Shown here one piece after another: positions 15,110-31,931 of a stretch of 64,000 bases of DNA. The notes below the pieces were generated by a model, which did no database searches, was not told where the DNA came from, and was given only the letters and a program-made list of their open reading frames with translations. The DNA lies in NCBI RefSeq assembly GCF_009914755.1, contig NC_060928.1; one strand, given 5' to 3'. The position numbers and the translations under genes were made by a program. Numbering within the stretch: position 1 is the first letter of the stretch; every line of letters begins with the position of its first letter. The stretch is from the human T2T-CHM13v2.0 reference genome, Homo sapiens.

Positions 15110-15470
15110 TGTTCGTTCAACAAATTGTTATTGAGTCCCTACCATATGCCAAGGCCTTTTCTAGTGCCTGCAGGTTCTACAGTGGAAAACTATTGACCTT
15201 AGAGTGCTTATATTTTATTTGGAACAGAGAGAAAATAAGCTGGTAAACATTCATATATCAGGTAGCAATATTTACTAGAAAGAATAATGAAGCAACATAA
15301 AGAGGAGGTGAATGCTCTGGGGTGCTGTTGCTATTTTAGATGGGGTGGAAGGGAAGGCACCTAGTGAGGAATGTTTGGGCAACGAGCTGGATGAAGTGAG
15401 GGAGTGAGCCATACAGATACCTGGGGGAAGAGTGTTCTAGGACAAGTAAAAGACAAATATGAAGGATGTG
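15110..15470 (-). mobile_element. L2a 3' end
   Basis: ttcaacaaattgttattgagtccctaccatatgccaagg...gatacctgggggaagagtgttctagg. Confidence 0.8.
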
Positions 15471-17119
15471 CCTTTACTATGAAGAATTATATTAATCAAA
15501 AATTCTACAACACTTTCTGGAAGTCACAGAGAAGTCAGCAGGCAATGGTTAGTCCCTAAGAGTAATCTGTACTCACAGTTTTTAGCAGTCTGGCTTATGA
15601 TTAGGAAACAAATGAAGTTAGAGAGTATGCTACCCTTCTGCACTCAGCGTAAGGATCACTAGCTGCCATGCAGTTAGGATATAAATACTAAGAATGAGAT
15701 TATGATCCTGGATCATGAGATTAGGAAAAAGAGAAAAAAATATCATGGCTTAATTTGTATTCTTACCTATTATAACACAACTGGGAAATTAAACACAAAT
15801 AAAAGGTATGTGATACTCAGGGACAGAAAATAGGTTAAAGTCTAAAGACTAACTTAAATATAACAAGTAGTCAATTCTTAGATGACTTATGTCAGGTTGA
15901 CCTCTAAAAACTATTGTTTTGTAGTTCCAAAATTGGTAATTTCATAAGGTTCAACTTAATATTTGTAATCATGCTCAACAATGTTTGGCAAAGCATTGGC
16001 CCTTGTCGTGGCCACTATTTCCAGCCAACTTTACTGGATTGTACCTATGGCCTTTATTGCCCTATATTTGGGGTTGGAAAAATCACGTATCTAAGACTTT
16101 GCAGGGAAACGGAGTGCTGAATTTTTAAGATTATTTAAGGAGATAAAGTATTGACAAAGAAGACACATGTTAGCATCCTTTCTGCTTTCTCCTCCTATGT
16201 GCCAAGCAGCTCAGCACCAGCTCAGATGCACCTCTTGAAGTCATTCATTAACTTTCCACTTGTATGCTAGTCTTTAAAGTTAGACCAAACAGATGTAAAT
16301 ATTGAGAATTAGTTTTTAAGAAACTATATATTCTATTCACACGTATTCTAATATTATAGAAAACAAGCTCTATGGTATTTCTAGATAGTAAAAATGACCA
16401 TTTTAATGAACATTACGTTAATAATTTAAATGTAATTGGAGATAAAGATTCATCAAAAGACAAAGATCTAAGTCAAAGGTAATATTGTACACATTAAACA
16501 ATAGATATTAGCATTTAAACATTCTTTGTACAACCAGAAAAACGTGTGATTTGGCTCTCTCTTGCATGTTTGCACATAATATCACTATTTTGACACTAAA
16601 TATAAATAAGCACAAAATACTTTGTAACTAATAACTAATAAAAATAGAGATTGCTGTTAGAAGAAACAGGTGATTTGGTTAATTTTCTGATTTTAATTAC
16701 TATTCAAGAATATATAGTTCTATTCACTAAGCATCAATAACAAATAATTTTAAAATTAAGTAAAATCATAAAATAAACAACATTTAATAAAAAACACAAA
16801 CAAGCGTTTTTATACATTATTATGCAGGCCTACTGTGACGTTTTCTATATGAAAATGGAATGATTAGGCATAGGGTTACTAAGAATAACCCTGTTTTAAA
16901 AATTCAATTCACATAATTTTAAAAAGACTGGCGAAAATGACTGGTTTTATATTATTTAATAAAACATAGTGATGATTCTAGTGTTATCAGCATTAAATAT
17001 AACATAGCTTACATTATTATTCTATTTGGATATATTTTTCCTAAATATATATAGGTATACTGATGCAATTGTTAGCATTATATCTACTAAGTGTTTGAGA
17101 TTATAAAAAACATAAATTT

Positions 17120-17442
<323 letters not shown>

Positions 17443-18372
17443 TCATAAATTTATTTTTAACCAAATTAAATCATGTAGATGACAAGCTTTATTTCAACAG
17501 TAATTATGTTTTTCAATAAAGCCAACTTAAAAAAATCTCCAAGAACTTTTGGCAATTTAAAATGTTAGAGGTATGTTAGATTAAGTTAGTTAATAGGTAT
17601 TCCTCAATCACTATCTAATCTAACATCTACAACATTTTTAAAAAGATAAAACACAAAAGCATGCTTTGTAATTTATATACTTTTTACCTCTTATTTTTAT
17701 AGTTTAGAGAAGCTGTATATACTTTGCTCTGTTAATAAACATGTTCATTCTTGCCACATTAAAATGATATACTATAAAGAAGTATATGAATATTAAAAAT
17801 GTATAAAATTTATATTCATAATATCTGCTTATTTACTACAAAATGCTGACAAACCTTACAATTATCCACCTCATAATTATAGCTATAAAGTGAAAATTAT
17901 TATAACAAAAAATTATAAATGATTTTCTTAGGAAAAATCATGACATAAGGCAACTTTGTAAACAAGATATACAAGACGTTTTTTTAAAAAACTATAGTGC
18001 TATCTTAATAGAAAATGACTAATCATCCTAAAAATGTGTAAAAAATGAATAAAATGTAAAAAGTATAAAAGATTCATGAAAAACATTTTTTCATCATCAA
18101 TGCTGGCTAATTTTTAAAAGATTTCTTATAAGATTTTTAACAATAGTATCAAATATAATACTGATGCAAACCCAAAATTTGATTTTTCTCTATTAAAATG
18201 ACACAATGTTATTGGATTTTTTGTCTGCTATAAATAAGAGATTGTAAAATACATTTTTATTTGGCTTCAGTATAAAATGCCTGAAGACAAACATTCTATA
18301 TCTTATCAGAATATTTTTCTCTGCCTTATGTTGACTTAACCACATCCTTAATTATTAAAAATACAAAAACTT

Positions 18373-18693
<321 letters not shown>

Positions 18694-18929
18694 CACCCCA
18701 ACATTTGCTCACTGTCATATTAAAAAATCAAAACCAAACTATGGATTTTCACAAGAAAGACACTTAAATGAATATAATAAAGAAAAGCTGATCAAAGTTT
18801 TTAACAAAGATATTAAACAAATGTGATAAAATGGAATGTAGGGGTGATAACATTAATATCAGATAAGTTGAAAACTGTGCTTTTTAGTTCCCCCTATTTT
18901 TTAATGTTCAAATTCACTACTAATAAATA

Positions 18930-19300
18930 AAATACAAATTTAATTAACAATGAAATATAATGGCATATTCATCAGAATGGAAAAGTTAAAATGAATGGTA
19001 ATATTTTTTGCTATTAGGGATGCAGGGAAAAGTTAACTCTCATGTCTTGCTGGTAAAAATGCAAAATGCCGTAAGCTTTTTACAAAGCAGTCTGGCAATA
19101 TCTATTATCTTATGTAATTTAAAATGCATGCACATTTTGACTCATTGCTTCCACTGCTTGTAATCTTTCTCACAGAAATAAAAGCATAAAAATTGACTAC
19201 AGTAATAACTGTCATGATGAAAATAATGAATATTATCAATAATCATTCCTAGGGCACTAATTGAGTGACTAAACTATGGTATGGGTACACAATGTAGTAT
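18930..19300 (+). mobile_element. L1ME 3' fragment
   Basis: ctctcatgtcttgctggtaaaaatgcaaaatg...ctggcaatatcta...cattttgactca. Confidence 0.55.
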
Positions 19301-19314
19301 ATTGATTGCTTCTT

Positions 19315-19625
19315 TGCTTCATTCATTCATTAACTCCTTTCAGTTTTATTTAGTGAATAGTATATGTCAATCTCTATCCTAGGTTCTGGAAATACAGTGG
19401 TGAATAAAGACCTCTTACTACATTGAGTTTAAGTACTCTGGTTGGGAGAGAGACAGAGACATTTAAATAAACAAGTAGATTATCACTATATTAGATCTGA
19501 TAAATGCTCTGAAGGGAAAATAAAAATAGGAGATGGGAGTCTGATATTGGAGGGCTGGTTCACAAATTAAATAAGATAGACCCAAAGAAGAATTCACCCA
19601 TAGGGTGCACAGATCTGAGGAGCTG
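19315..19625 (-). mobile_element. L2a 3' end
   Basis: ttcattcattc...cctaggttctggaaatacagtggtgaataaagac. Confidence 0.75.
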
Positions 19626-21393
19626 AGGGAGCCGAGGGACCCAGCCATTTCTTGTCTGTGGATTTGTCATGCCTATTCTAATGGATAACTTCCCTTTGGA
19701 AATTTTTTTCTAGCTGGTCTCTGACTCCTTCAAGCAGTATACATAATCCTGTGGCCCACTTTTTCCGATCCTGTCCAAAGATATTCAACTCTAAAGAAGT
19801 TTCTTATAATTAATCTACTACCTTTAGAGAGTCTCATGGAATTTATTGACACATGGAATTTATTGACAGAAAAAGCTAGAAAGGAAAATATTTGTGAATG
19901 TGTACAATTACCCAGGCACCTTGCTGCGTGTTGCAAATGTTCTTCATTATCTATCTCCATATCTGGAAGTGCGCATCAGTCTGAACTCAAGCTTAGGTTA
20001 AAGGAGAAATTTTAGCGCAAGCAATAAAAATGTTCATCTATGAATATTGGGAGTGGATATGAATTTTAAAAACAGGTGTGAACATGAATCTTTAAAAAAT
20101 CAATATGTAAGGGTATGGAAGAAACCTTCTCCCCACTCCAGACATCTTTTCTTCATAAATACAGAGGCAAATATACTGAATCATTATTTCTATTAGGCAA
20201 GTTAAAGCTCAAAGGCATCAAAATATTTACATTTGCCAAAAAATTAACCAATAAATCCAGAGATAAGCCTGAGGAACTCTTCTATAGGAAATGAAAAATA
20301 CTACAATTTCTTCATGAAATTCATAAAAAGAAATATATGGATTAGTCATTACGCATTCAAAGACAATTACTAATCTAAAAGTAATGGCTTAATTGCACTT
20401 CTGCATTAAATCATTTCACTATGTAAATTAGATTCATAACTAAAATAGATTGAAATTGTAGAAAATTCCTTAATGTGAAAAAAATAAATAAGGCATTTTA
20501 GGAATCTACAGAGGATTATCTTACTACACCATTTTGTTAGAAACTGCACTTTGAGGGTAGCAGGTGAGAGTGGATGGATCACATCAGGATAGGCGATGAA
20601 TGTCACACATCTGGTTCTTCTTTGTCAGCCAAGAGATGTGGCTTGTAATTGCTACTCCTTCCCCTTTTCTTGTGTTTTGGAGCACATGCTTCAATCTTTG
20701 AAAGATTCAGCCCGTGTTTCGATATCCTTTTACATGCATTACATGATAAACACATTTTTATACAAATGAAAATAATATAAAATGAAAAGTTTATAAAATT
20801 ATTCATAACAAGTACCCTATTTCAATTTGTATTTCTTATTTCCAAGGAATTAAAAAAACTTTTAGAGAATTATACTGATAATTAAAAAAAATTGTAAGAG
20901 GTATATGGCTCTTTTTTTTCCTTCTGTGTTTTACTTATTTAATTTGCAGATATCCTCTCTTGTCTACTGATCCATTTCACACAGGGTCAAAATAGAGACA
21001 CCAGCAAAGTAATCTTGGAAAGGCTACCATACGGGGGAGTTCTGTTGTATTCTTTAAAAATCTAAGTACTCCAATTTTTTACCTTTACTTTCTATGTTGT
21101 TCTACTCTTTACCACCTTAATAAAACACTGAAGAATATTCCCATTGTTTCTAGTCTACTGAAAGCTAAACACCCTCTGAGGAGACATTCCCTTTTCCTCC
21201 AATAAGAGTTGTCCTAAATGCCTTATTTCCTTGCAAAATAATACAGGTGTGCTTGGAAGTAATAACGTTCTGATTTTTATTCAGTATATATGCAGTGAAT
21301 AAATACTGAAATATGTGTTTTGTTCTAAGTGGTTCATTGGAAATAAAACTTCATAACAGATACAGTAGCAATGATCAAATTTAGAAATCTTAC

Positions 21394-21513
21394 TGCTTCT
21401 CTCAGGCCTCAGCAATGTTTTTGTCTTCTTGTTTTGACTTCCACTTTCATGAAGGGCCTTGAACCAGTCCCGCAATCTGTTTGCCACTTCCCTGAACTCC
21501 AGGTCACTGCATG
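21394..21513 (-). CDS. SPOCK3: Internal coding exon (120 nt, phase 1-1) of testican-3; Kazal-to-EC calcium-binding domain segment
   Basis: Translates to (A)CSDLEFREVANRLRDWFKALHESGSQNKKTKTLLRPERS(R), matching testican-3 as I recall it. Acceptor gtttctctgtttttag|CA (ct at 21514-21515); donor AGCA|gtaag. Overlaps ORF 21281..21487(-). Confidence 0.96.
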
Positions 21514-22568
21514 CTAAAAACAGAGAAACAACACAAGTCTTGAATAATATCTTAGTATAATGTTAGTGCTATTTCTCTCATTAGTCCAATAAACTGAAAG
21601 GTAAGAACGACTAAAAGAAAAAGGTGTGACTGCATTTCAGCTTTTTCAAAGTTAAATATATGCCTTAAAATAAGATGTAATATGACAAAAACATTTTACT
21701 TAATAAAGAAGTATTATTAGTGGAATTCTACTTGTGCTCTTCATTAGAATATGACACTTGGAGGATTTGTACTGATAACATCACAAAAATTGAGTCATAA
21801 TATTTATGTCATAAATACTTTTTTATGCTGGGGTGATAGGTTATCAGAGAAAATAAAGGGTTGAAAATCCAAAATGATCATTATACATTTATTGTTGGCC
21901 ATACCTCTTGTAAGATGTCACAATTTATAATTATTTATTCATATACTCAGTATATGTAGGAATGCACTATTATAAATATATACTGTTCCTATTTGATTTA
22001 ATGCTATATATTTGTTAAGCACAGAAAAGAAACAGCTATATAACTTGTGATTAGGAAAAAACTATAAAATATTTAAGAAAGTACTATAATGTTTCTATTG
22101 GAAAAAAGATTGTACTGGCAAACTTTAACATTTGGAACTAAAGTAACTTCCTCTTTGTTTTTTAAAGACATCATTATTTATCAACAATTATATTCTTTAA
22201 AAATAGTTTATGCAATAAGCAATTAGCAGAATATGTGTGTGTGACTGGCTTAAAATATAGCATTCAAATTTAGTAATTTACTGCAAAAATATTTTGAAAA
22301 TATATTTTGAAAGCCACTAATTTACATTGTTTAGAGGACGTTGTTACTGCAGACCAATCCCTTGTGCATGCTGTAAATGTGCAATTTCCTCAACTAACAA
22401 GTAATTCATGCTAATACTCATTTGTCCATTTGATTAAAAATTATGCAATTATAGTATGTTTTATTACATTTAATATATACCATATACATTATATTATATG
22501 TATCATAAATAACATAATGTAATGTAATTGGATGTAATACCATCCCAGACCATTTCCTAGCTCTAAAG

Positions 22569-22791
22569 TAGGGGTATCCAATATTTTGGCTTCCCTGGGC
22601 CACACTGGAAGAAGAATTGTCTTAGGCAACAAATAAAATACACTAACAGTAATGATAGCTGATGAGCTGAAAAAAACAAAATGCAAAAACATCTCATAAT
22701 GTTTTAAGAAAGTTTACAAATTTGTGTTGGGTCGCATTCAAAGCTGTCCTGGGCCACATGTGGCCTGTGGGCCATGAGTTGGACAAGCTTG
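22569..22791 (+). mobile_element. MER30 (hAT-Charlie MITE)
   Basis: aggggtatccaatattttggcttccctgggccacac...ttggacaagcttg; perfect 8-bp TSD ctctaaag (22561-22568, 22792-22799). Confidence 0.93.
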
Positions 22792-22859
22792 CTCTAAAGG
22801 AAATAAACTCCTAAATTAAAAGGAATCCCCCAGTACCTGGTATGGTGGGATGACCAAAT

Positions 22860-23300
22860 TAGCCAATCATTGTGACATTTTAGAACACTGGAGACAAAAT
22901 GAAGATCTCATAAACTTCCATGGGGGAAGGTAACTAAAATTGTTACATACAAAGAATAAGGAATCAGAAATGCCTTCCAATATTTAAATAACACTGAAAG
23001 GCAGCATAGCAACATAAAAATTATTTCATATTTCTAAGAGAAATCAGGTGGGAAAGTAAGGTAAAGAAATTTTTACATATACAGGATCTGAAAAACTAAC
23101 CATCCATACAATCTTTCCCCAGGATGCTAGTACAATATGTGATACACCAGAGATTAAATCAACAAGAGGATGTCTGGGACACAAGAACTAATGGAAGAGA
23201 GAGGTGAAGGGCATTTATAGGAAGCTGGTGAAGGATAATTACAGAGTGTGTGCTCTGTGCCCAGTGCAGAGCAAGATGGCAGTAAGATTGAGATTTCTTG
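22860..23300 (+). mobile_element. HAL1/L1ME ORF1-like fragment
   Basis: acatacaaagaataaggaatcagaa...gagagaggtgaagggcatt...gctggtgaagga. Confidence 0.5.
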
Positions 23301-23841
23301 GCCAGGGACAGAGCAATGTACAGAATTCATTGCCATCCTTTCATCCAGGGAAAACAATAAGCTACAGTGAAAATCAAAGAAACCATCACTTTTACTGATA
23401 AGGTCCACCATGGCTGAGGCTGAGGTGATAAGGCAAAAAAAAAAAAAAAAAAAAAAAAAATAGCACACTCTTGATATGAATGCTTACACTCTAGCCTGCT
23501 GTCTCTGTTTAAGCCATCTTGACATGGGTCTTCTGCTCCCCTTAAAGGGATAGGCACAAGAAAACAAAAACCTACTTGAAAAGGAGGAATTCTACATATG
23601 CATACATACTTGTGTAAGCGTCACATATCTCTAGAAGGATTTATATAAAGAAGTAACTACCAAGGGAACTGGATTAATGGAAGAAAGTGGTGTGAGAGAG
23701 TTTTATTTTTACCATTCATCTCTTTCTCCTTTTGAATTATGTACTATATAGCTGTATTAATGTTCAAAAGTCAACAAAAAATTTTTAAAATTAAAAAAAC
23801 AATTACAAATGCATCTAACCCTTTGACCCAGCAATTGTTTC

Positions 23842-24168
23842 TTTTTCTTTTTTTTTTCTTTCTTTCTTTCTTTTTTTTTTTTTTTTGAGACAGAGTTTTG
23901 CTCTTGTTGCCCATGCTGGGATGCAGAGGCACAGTCTCGGCTCACTGCAACCTCTGCCTTTCGGGTTCAAGAGATTCTCCTGCCTCAGTCTCCTGAGTAG
24001 CTGGGATTACAAGCCCCCGCCACCAGGCCCAGCTAATTTTTGTATTTTTAGTAGAGACGGGGTTTCACCATGTTAGCCAGGCTTGTCTCGAACTCCTGAC
24101 CTCAGGTGATCCACCCACCTCGGCCTCCCAAAGTGCTGGAATTAAAGGCGTGAGTCACCGCGCCGGCC
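23842..24168 (-). mobile_element. AluSq-like, within an old L1M 3' fragment
   Basis: ctcttgttgccc diagnostic; gtttctt on both flanks; left flank ccctttgacccagcaatt is L1M. Confidence 0.92.
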
Positions 24169-24335
24169 CGTTTCTTAAAAATGTATCGTGCAGGTATACT
24201 ACATGTATACAAACACATTCATTTAAATTGCGCTATGTTGTGTATTCAGCACTTGTTTAATAGCAAGTTTGTTAACAGCATAGCACTCCATCATGTACAC
24301 TATGGAGGTGAGATCTAAGAGAAGACAATGAACAT

Positions 24336-24509
24336 TTATTGATCATATTCATCAACTCAAACACTGGAGTATCAGCTTCTTTTATAACACCATCAGCTAG
24401 TGAATTCATGTTACCTTGTCCAAATCATAGGTATTTGGTAGCACATCTGGTACTCCTAATTTAAAACAATTTCTATTATTTCAAATTAACATCTTTTCCT
24501 ACCAAAAAA
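24336..24509 (+). repeat. Local duplication A, copy 1 (probable donor)
   Basis: About 92% identical by eye to 30411-30584. Confidence 0.92.
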
Positions 24510-25084
24510 CCGTATATCAGTAATATATCTACACAGAAATACTGTATAGTCGCATCCCAGATTCTTAGCATTTATTATTCAGAAAGGTTCATGTGTAATG
24601 AGAATTGATGGAGAGATTTCAGGAACATTTCAGTAACTTCCATAAGCCCAGGACATCTTAGCTTTGGAGTATTATTAAAAATAATACTTTACGTATAAAA
24701 CTTTTGAAAACATTTTAAATAATTTTTCAATTTAATTTTCATTTGACAATAATTAACCGATTTACTTTAAAATTGGCAATAATTTATCTGAAACCATTGG
24801 CCAAAACAGGGATTCTTGCCAAATTAGAAAGTTTAAACCATACACTTTCTGAAATTAATTAAATTTGATAAATATAAAATTTAAATATTAATAAAGTTGA
24901 TATATTTTATAACTAATAAATGAAGTATTTATTAATAGTAATTATCATTTTCATGTTGTATTTGAGAGTCAATAAATATTTTTTTCAGGTGTCAAACTTT
25001 TACATAATTTCTTACATTTTAATAGGCACAAAACTCTCTGCCTATTACAAAAATCTCTTAAAATGTCCCCTCATTCCCACACAC

Positions 25085-25447
25085 TGTACTAACTGAATGT
25101 TTATGCTCCCCCAGATTCATATGTTATAACATCTAATCCACAGTCTTATGGTATTAGAAGATAGGGACTCTGGGAGGTGATTAGGCCATGAGGGCAAAGG
25201 CTTCACGATTGGCATTAGTGCTCTTTTAAAATGGAATCCACTCAGATCCTTCTCCCCTTCCACCATGTCAGAACATAGCAAGAGGAAGGCCATCTATGAA
25301 CCGGGACCTGGGCTTTGATCAGATACCGAATTTGCTGGTGCTGCCCTGATCTTGCACTTCCAGTCTCCAGAATTGTGAGAAATAATTTCTGTTGTTTATA
25401 AGCCTGTGGCATTCTGTTATTCTTAGTAGACTAAATTGACTAAGACA
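25085..25447 (+). mobile_element. MLT1A-type MaLR solo LTR
   Basis: tg...cccagattcatatgtt...gggaggtgattaggccatgaggg...gactaagaca. Confidence 0.85.
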
Positions 25448-26460
25448 CACTATAACATACTTAAATGTAGTTATCAAGAACATGAATTTATTAAAGAATG
25501 AATATACTCATATCTGGCAATATGAGTTGTTAATTATGATTATGTTATACAATAAGGAAGCTCAGATGAAAATACAGAGGTCCAAGCAGAGGGGATGCTC
25601 TGGGAAGTTTCAAATCAGAGGCAGAGTCCGCATTTTATTGTGCATTATCTTTCAGAAAATTTTTAAGTTTTGTTCCAATAGTATATTTAACAAGCTGTCT
25701 CGTATCTCTACTAGGCTTGATTCATAAAGTTTTTTAAAGCACTTCTAAGGTCACCATTCATTTTTGCTTAATGTTAAAAAATAATACTTTATGTCACAGA
25801 TGATGAAATGAAGTGGTATAGGTATTGGTGATTTAAACAAATTCAGTAAATTTAGTTCACAAAATACCAGGCATAATTTATTATTTTTTCCCTTATCAAT
25901 TTTTGGTAAAGAGATTTTTCTAAGTCTGATCTATGAGGTGAAGAAATGCAACACATCATTCCTTACTCTTCATAAATAAAAAATATTTGCTACCACCACC
26001 TTCCAACAATGTAATGTTTAGGAATTTTGATGGTCTTCCTGATGGGATTGATTTGTATATAAGTGTAGTACAGTTAAAATCTGGCAGAATACAATTACTC
26101 TAAGGCAAAAAGGCTTAAGTTGGCTCCAATGTGATTATTTTCTTTCAAGATATGTCCATTACACAAAGAAAAGTCCAAAGTACATGTCTCTCAGTGTCAA
26201 CTCCAATCCTCCCATTACCTAGGGCCACGATGTCCTAGAGACATGAAAATGACAATATAAGACAAAGTGCTCTGATGGCACAATGTTTATTTCAGATTGA
26301 AGAGGAGTAAGGAGGATTTATTACTTGTTGGACTCTTAATTATTCAAGTACAGATAATCATATATTCTTGAATTAACTCTATTTTTATACCTCACTGGGA
26401 CAGGTACAAAAGGGAATTAATAAATATTTATAATTTAAGTGGCATGGATTTCCACCTTTC

Positions 26461-26521
26461 TTTTTTTTTTTTTTTTTTTTGAGAAGGAGTCTCACTCTGT
26501 CCTCCAGGCTGGAGTGCAATG
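26461..26521 (-). mobile_element. Severely 5'-truncated Alu (~41 nt plus T20)
   Basis: T20 followed by gagaaggagtctcactctgtcctccaggctggagtgcaatg. Confidence 0.85.
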
Positions 26522-27568
26522 TTTCTAAGTGGCTTTTTTTTTTTTTTTAAACAAAGCTTTGATATTTGCTTTATTTGATCTTTTTTATTCAATACATGTT
26601 CAGATAAACCTGGCTACAAATATGTAAACAACAAGAAGAAATTACATAATCTCAAAGAACTCTTTTGGCTTTTTATTTATTTTTTGGTGACTTTTAGTTT
26701 ATGATATCCTTCCAAGAATCTCTATTTCCTTTTCCTAGGCTGTAATCTTCCATAATGATGGTTTCCTTCTTTCATTTGAAAGGCCAATTATGAATCATCT
26801 AGTTGTTAGAAATTTTAAACTCTACTTTACTTTACATGAGTGATGGAAACATTTTAACATTTTTTATAACAGTATTAAAAACTTATTTTTTTTCTGAGTA
26901 CACAGTAAGAGATGCCAATTTTGTAAATGCAGATTCTAATGTATATTAACAATAATAAAAATAAACCAGTATATTTAACACTATAATCAATAAGTAGCTA
27001 CTATAAAATATTTATTGTGTATATCTGCTATGCATATTTTACATAGCTTGAATAATGTTAGATAAACAATATTTACTTTTACACCTTTTCGTTATGTTAT
27101 AAAATGATAATTTTTTAGGTCATTAAAATATCTGAAAACAAAATACAGTCAAATGCTGCATAACAATGTTTCGGGCAACAAAGAACATCATATACGATGT
27201 TGCTCCCATAAGATTACAATGGAGCTGAAACATTCCTATTGTCTAATAATGTCAACACATCACTCATGTTTGTAGTGATGTTGTTGTAAACAAATATACT
27301 GTGCTGCAGTGGTAAGAAAGTCTGATATATATAATTATGTACAGTATATAATACCTGATCATTATAATAAACAACTATGCTAGTGATTTATGTATTTATT
27401 ATACTCTACTTTTTATCAGTACTTTAGAGTGTAATCCTACTTACTAAGCAAAAAGTTTCCATTAAGACAGTATGCTGTGTTAAGCCCACAGAAGCCTCAC
27501 ACATCTCGTGTTTACTGCAGCCCTTGATTGTGTAACCTCAGTTGATTTACTCTCTTGTTTTGTTCATC

Positions 27569-29769
<2,201 letters not shown>

Positions 29770-30410
29770 GCCTAGGCGAATGTGTGTGTTTGTGTCAGGT
29801 TTATCAAAAAAATGTTTAAAAAGTAAAAAATAAAAAATAGAAAAATATTTATAGTACAAAGATATAACAAAAGTGAAATTTGTGTACAGTGTACAATGTG
29901 CTTGCATGTTAAAGGAAATATACAGTATCAAAAAGTTAAAAAAATTAAAAGTTTATAAAGTAAAAAAGTTACAGTAGCCAAGGTTAATTTTGATTAGTGA
30001 AAGAAAATATTTTTAAATATTTAGTATAGCCCAAATATACAGTGTCTCTAGAGTCTACAGTAGTGTCTTAGGCCTTCACATTCACTCACCACTCACTCAG
30101 TGACACCCAGAGCAACTTCCCATCATGCATGCTTCATTCATGGTAAACGTCCTATATACATGTATCATTTTTAATCTTTTATACCATATTTTGACTGTAC
30201 CTTTTCTATGTTAAGATATGTTCAGCTTTACGAATACTTACCATTGTGTTACAATTGCCTACAATATTTAGTACATTACCATGATGTACAGATTTGTGGC
30301 CTGGGAGCAACAGGCTATACCATATAACCTAGGTGTATAGTAAGCTACATCATGTAGATTGATTTAACTATGCTCTATGATGCTCCCACAATAACAAATG
30401 ATAAAATATA

Positions 30411-30584
30411 TTATTGATCATACTCATCAACTCAAACATGGGGGTATCAGCTTCTTTTATAACACCATCAGCTAGTGAATCATGTTACTTTGTCCAAATC
30501 ATAGGTATTCGGTAGCACATCTGGTACTCCTAATTCAAAACAATTTCTATTGTTTTAAGTTACCATCTTTCCCTACCAAAAAAA
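30411..30584 (+). repeat. Local duplication A, copy 2 (inside the Tigger3 right subterminal region)
   Basis: Matches 24336-24509 and interrupts the Tigger3 3' end. Confidence 0.92.
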
Positions 30585-31597
30585 GGGGAATATATTCCTG
30601 TCATCAAACAACACATGACCGTATATGGTAGATACAAAAATTCCATTATATGAATATATCATAACATGTTAAAAATTTCCACAATAAATATTGTGTCAAG
30701 AATATAGTTCCTAGTTTATGGGCTTATTAAAAAGACCTAGGATTAACTTTTATTCAACAAATTATTACTGTATCTTATTACTGTGTTTCCTTTGAAAAAC
30801 CTTAAAAATTCAGTTACTGGATCAAATAATATAAATATTTAAAGACTCTCAATACATATAGACAACTCGTTTCTGTAATATACAAAATTTAAATTCCAGA
30901 AAATATTTCAAATATATTTAAAATGTGCATTGTTTTATTTATAATTTATTTATGAATAATTGAATTGTTGAGAAATGAAGTAGTATAGGTATGTAGCAAT
31001 TGAAACAACTCAATGAAGGTTAGAAAAAGTTCTCCAATATAAAGTAGCATAAATGGCAGGAATTACATATTAATCTAGGACAATCTCACTAAAAATAAAT
31101 GTAGAATGTGTAATCTACAGAATAGCAGACACTGCACAATGAAAGAAAGCCAGAAACAGAGAGATTCCTGAATTCCTCCCAGGAATATGTTCATGAAGCT
31201 TTAAAGTAAATGTCAGCTTCTACATTCTGTTCAATTGTGAGATATGTTTTCGACACAGAGCCAAGTCAGAAAGTTTTTCCCAAAAAATTAAAAAATATAT
31301 CCATCACTGTCTTGAGGTAGACAATACATGTACAAAACACCGAGAACACATAAATTAGAGAAAAAATAAATTAGAGAATAAGCAAACATTTTCTGCCTAA
31401 TAAGTAAATGATGCTGAATGCTTGCAGGTATATTTGAGTTTCTGTCTGTAAAGATCAATGAATAAAGACTTTGTGAGAAAATAAACAAGCAGAGGCTCAA
31501 GACATTAGGAAAAGATTGAAGGGACAAGAATAGCATGAATGAAGGGAAAAGGATCAGCATGTCTTTGGCCTGATGAACAGCAATTCTTTTGATCAGC

Positions 31598-31931
31598 TGT
31601 AATAACAGCCGTTTTGGCTGAGTGGCTTATAAAAAGAAATATATTTCTCAGAGTTTGCATACTGTGCCAAGGTGCTGGCAGATTTAGCAGGTTCAGTGTC
31701 TGGTGAAGGCCCCCTTCCTAGACGGCATTTTTTTATTGTTATGTTTTCACATGGCAGAAAGGCTAACAAGCTCCCTTGGGCCTCCTTTATAAGGGTACTA
31801 ATCAAATTCACATGGGCTCAGCCTTTATGACCTAATCACCTCCCACAGGTCCCACCTCCTGGTACCATCGGCTTGGGGATTAGGATTTGAACGTAAGAAT
31901 TTGAAGGGGTCACAAATGTTCAGCCCTAGCA
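31598..31931 (-). mobile_element. MLT1A0-like MaLR LTR
   Basis: caaggtgctggcagatt...gtgtctggtgaaggcc...tttataagggtactaatc...gacctaatcacctccc. Confidence 0.85.

Noticed and set aside
21281-21393. ORF extension beyond the exon (SKISKFDHCY...)
   Set aside because: Lies past a consensus GTAAG donor, so it is intron read-through with no evidence for a terminal exon.
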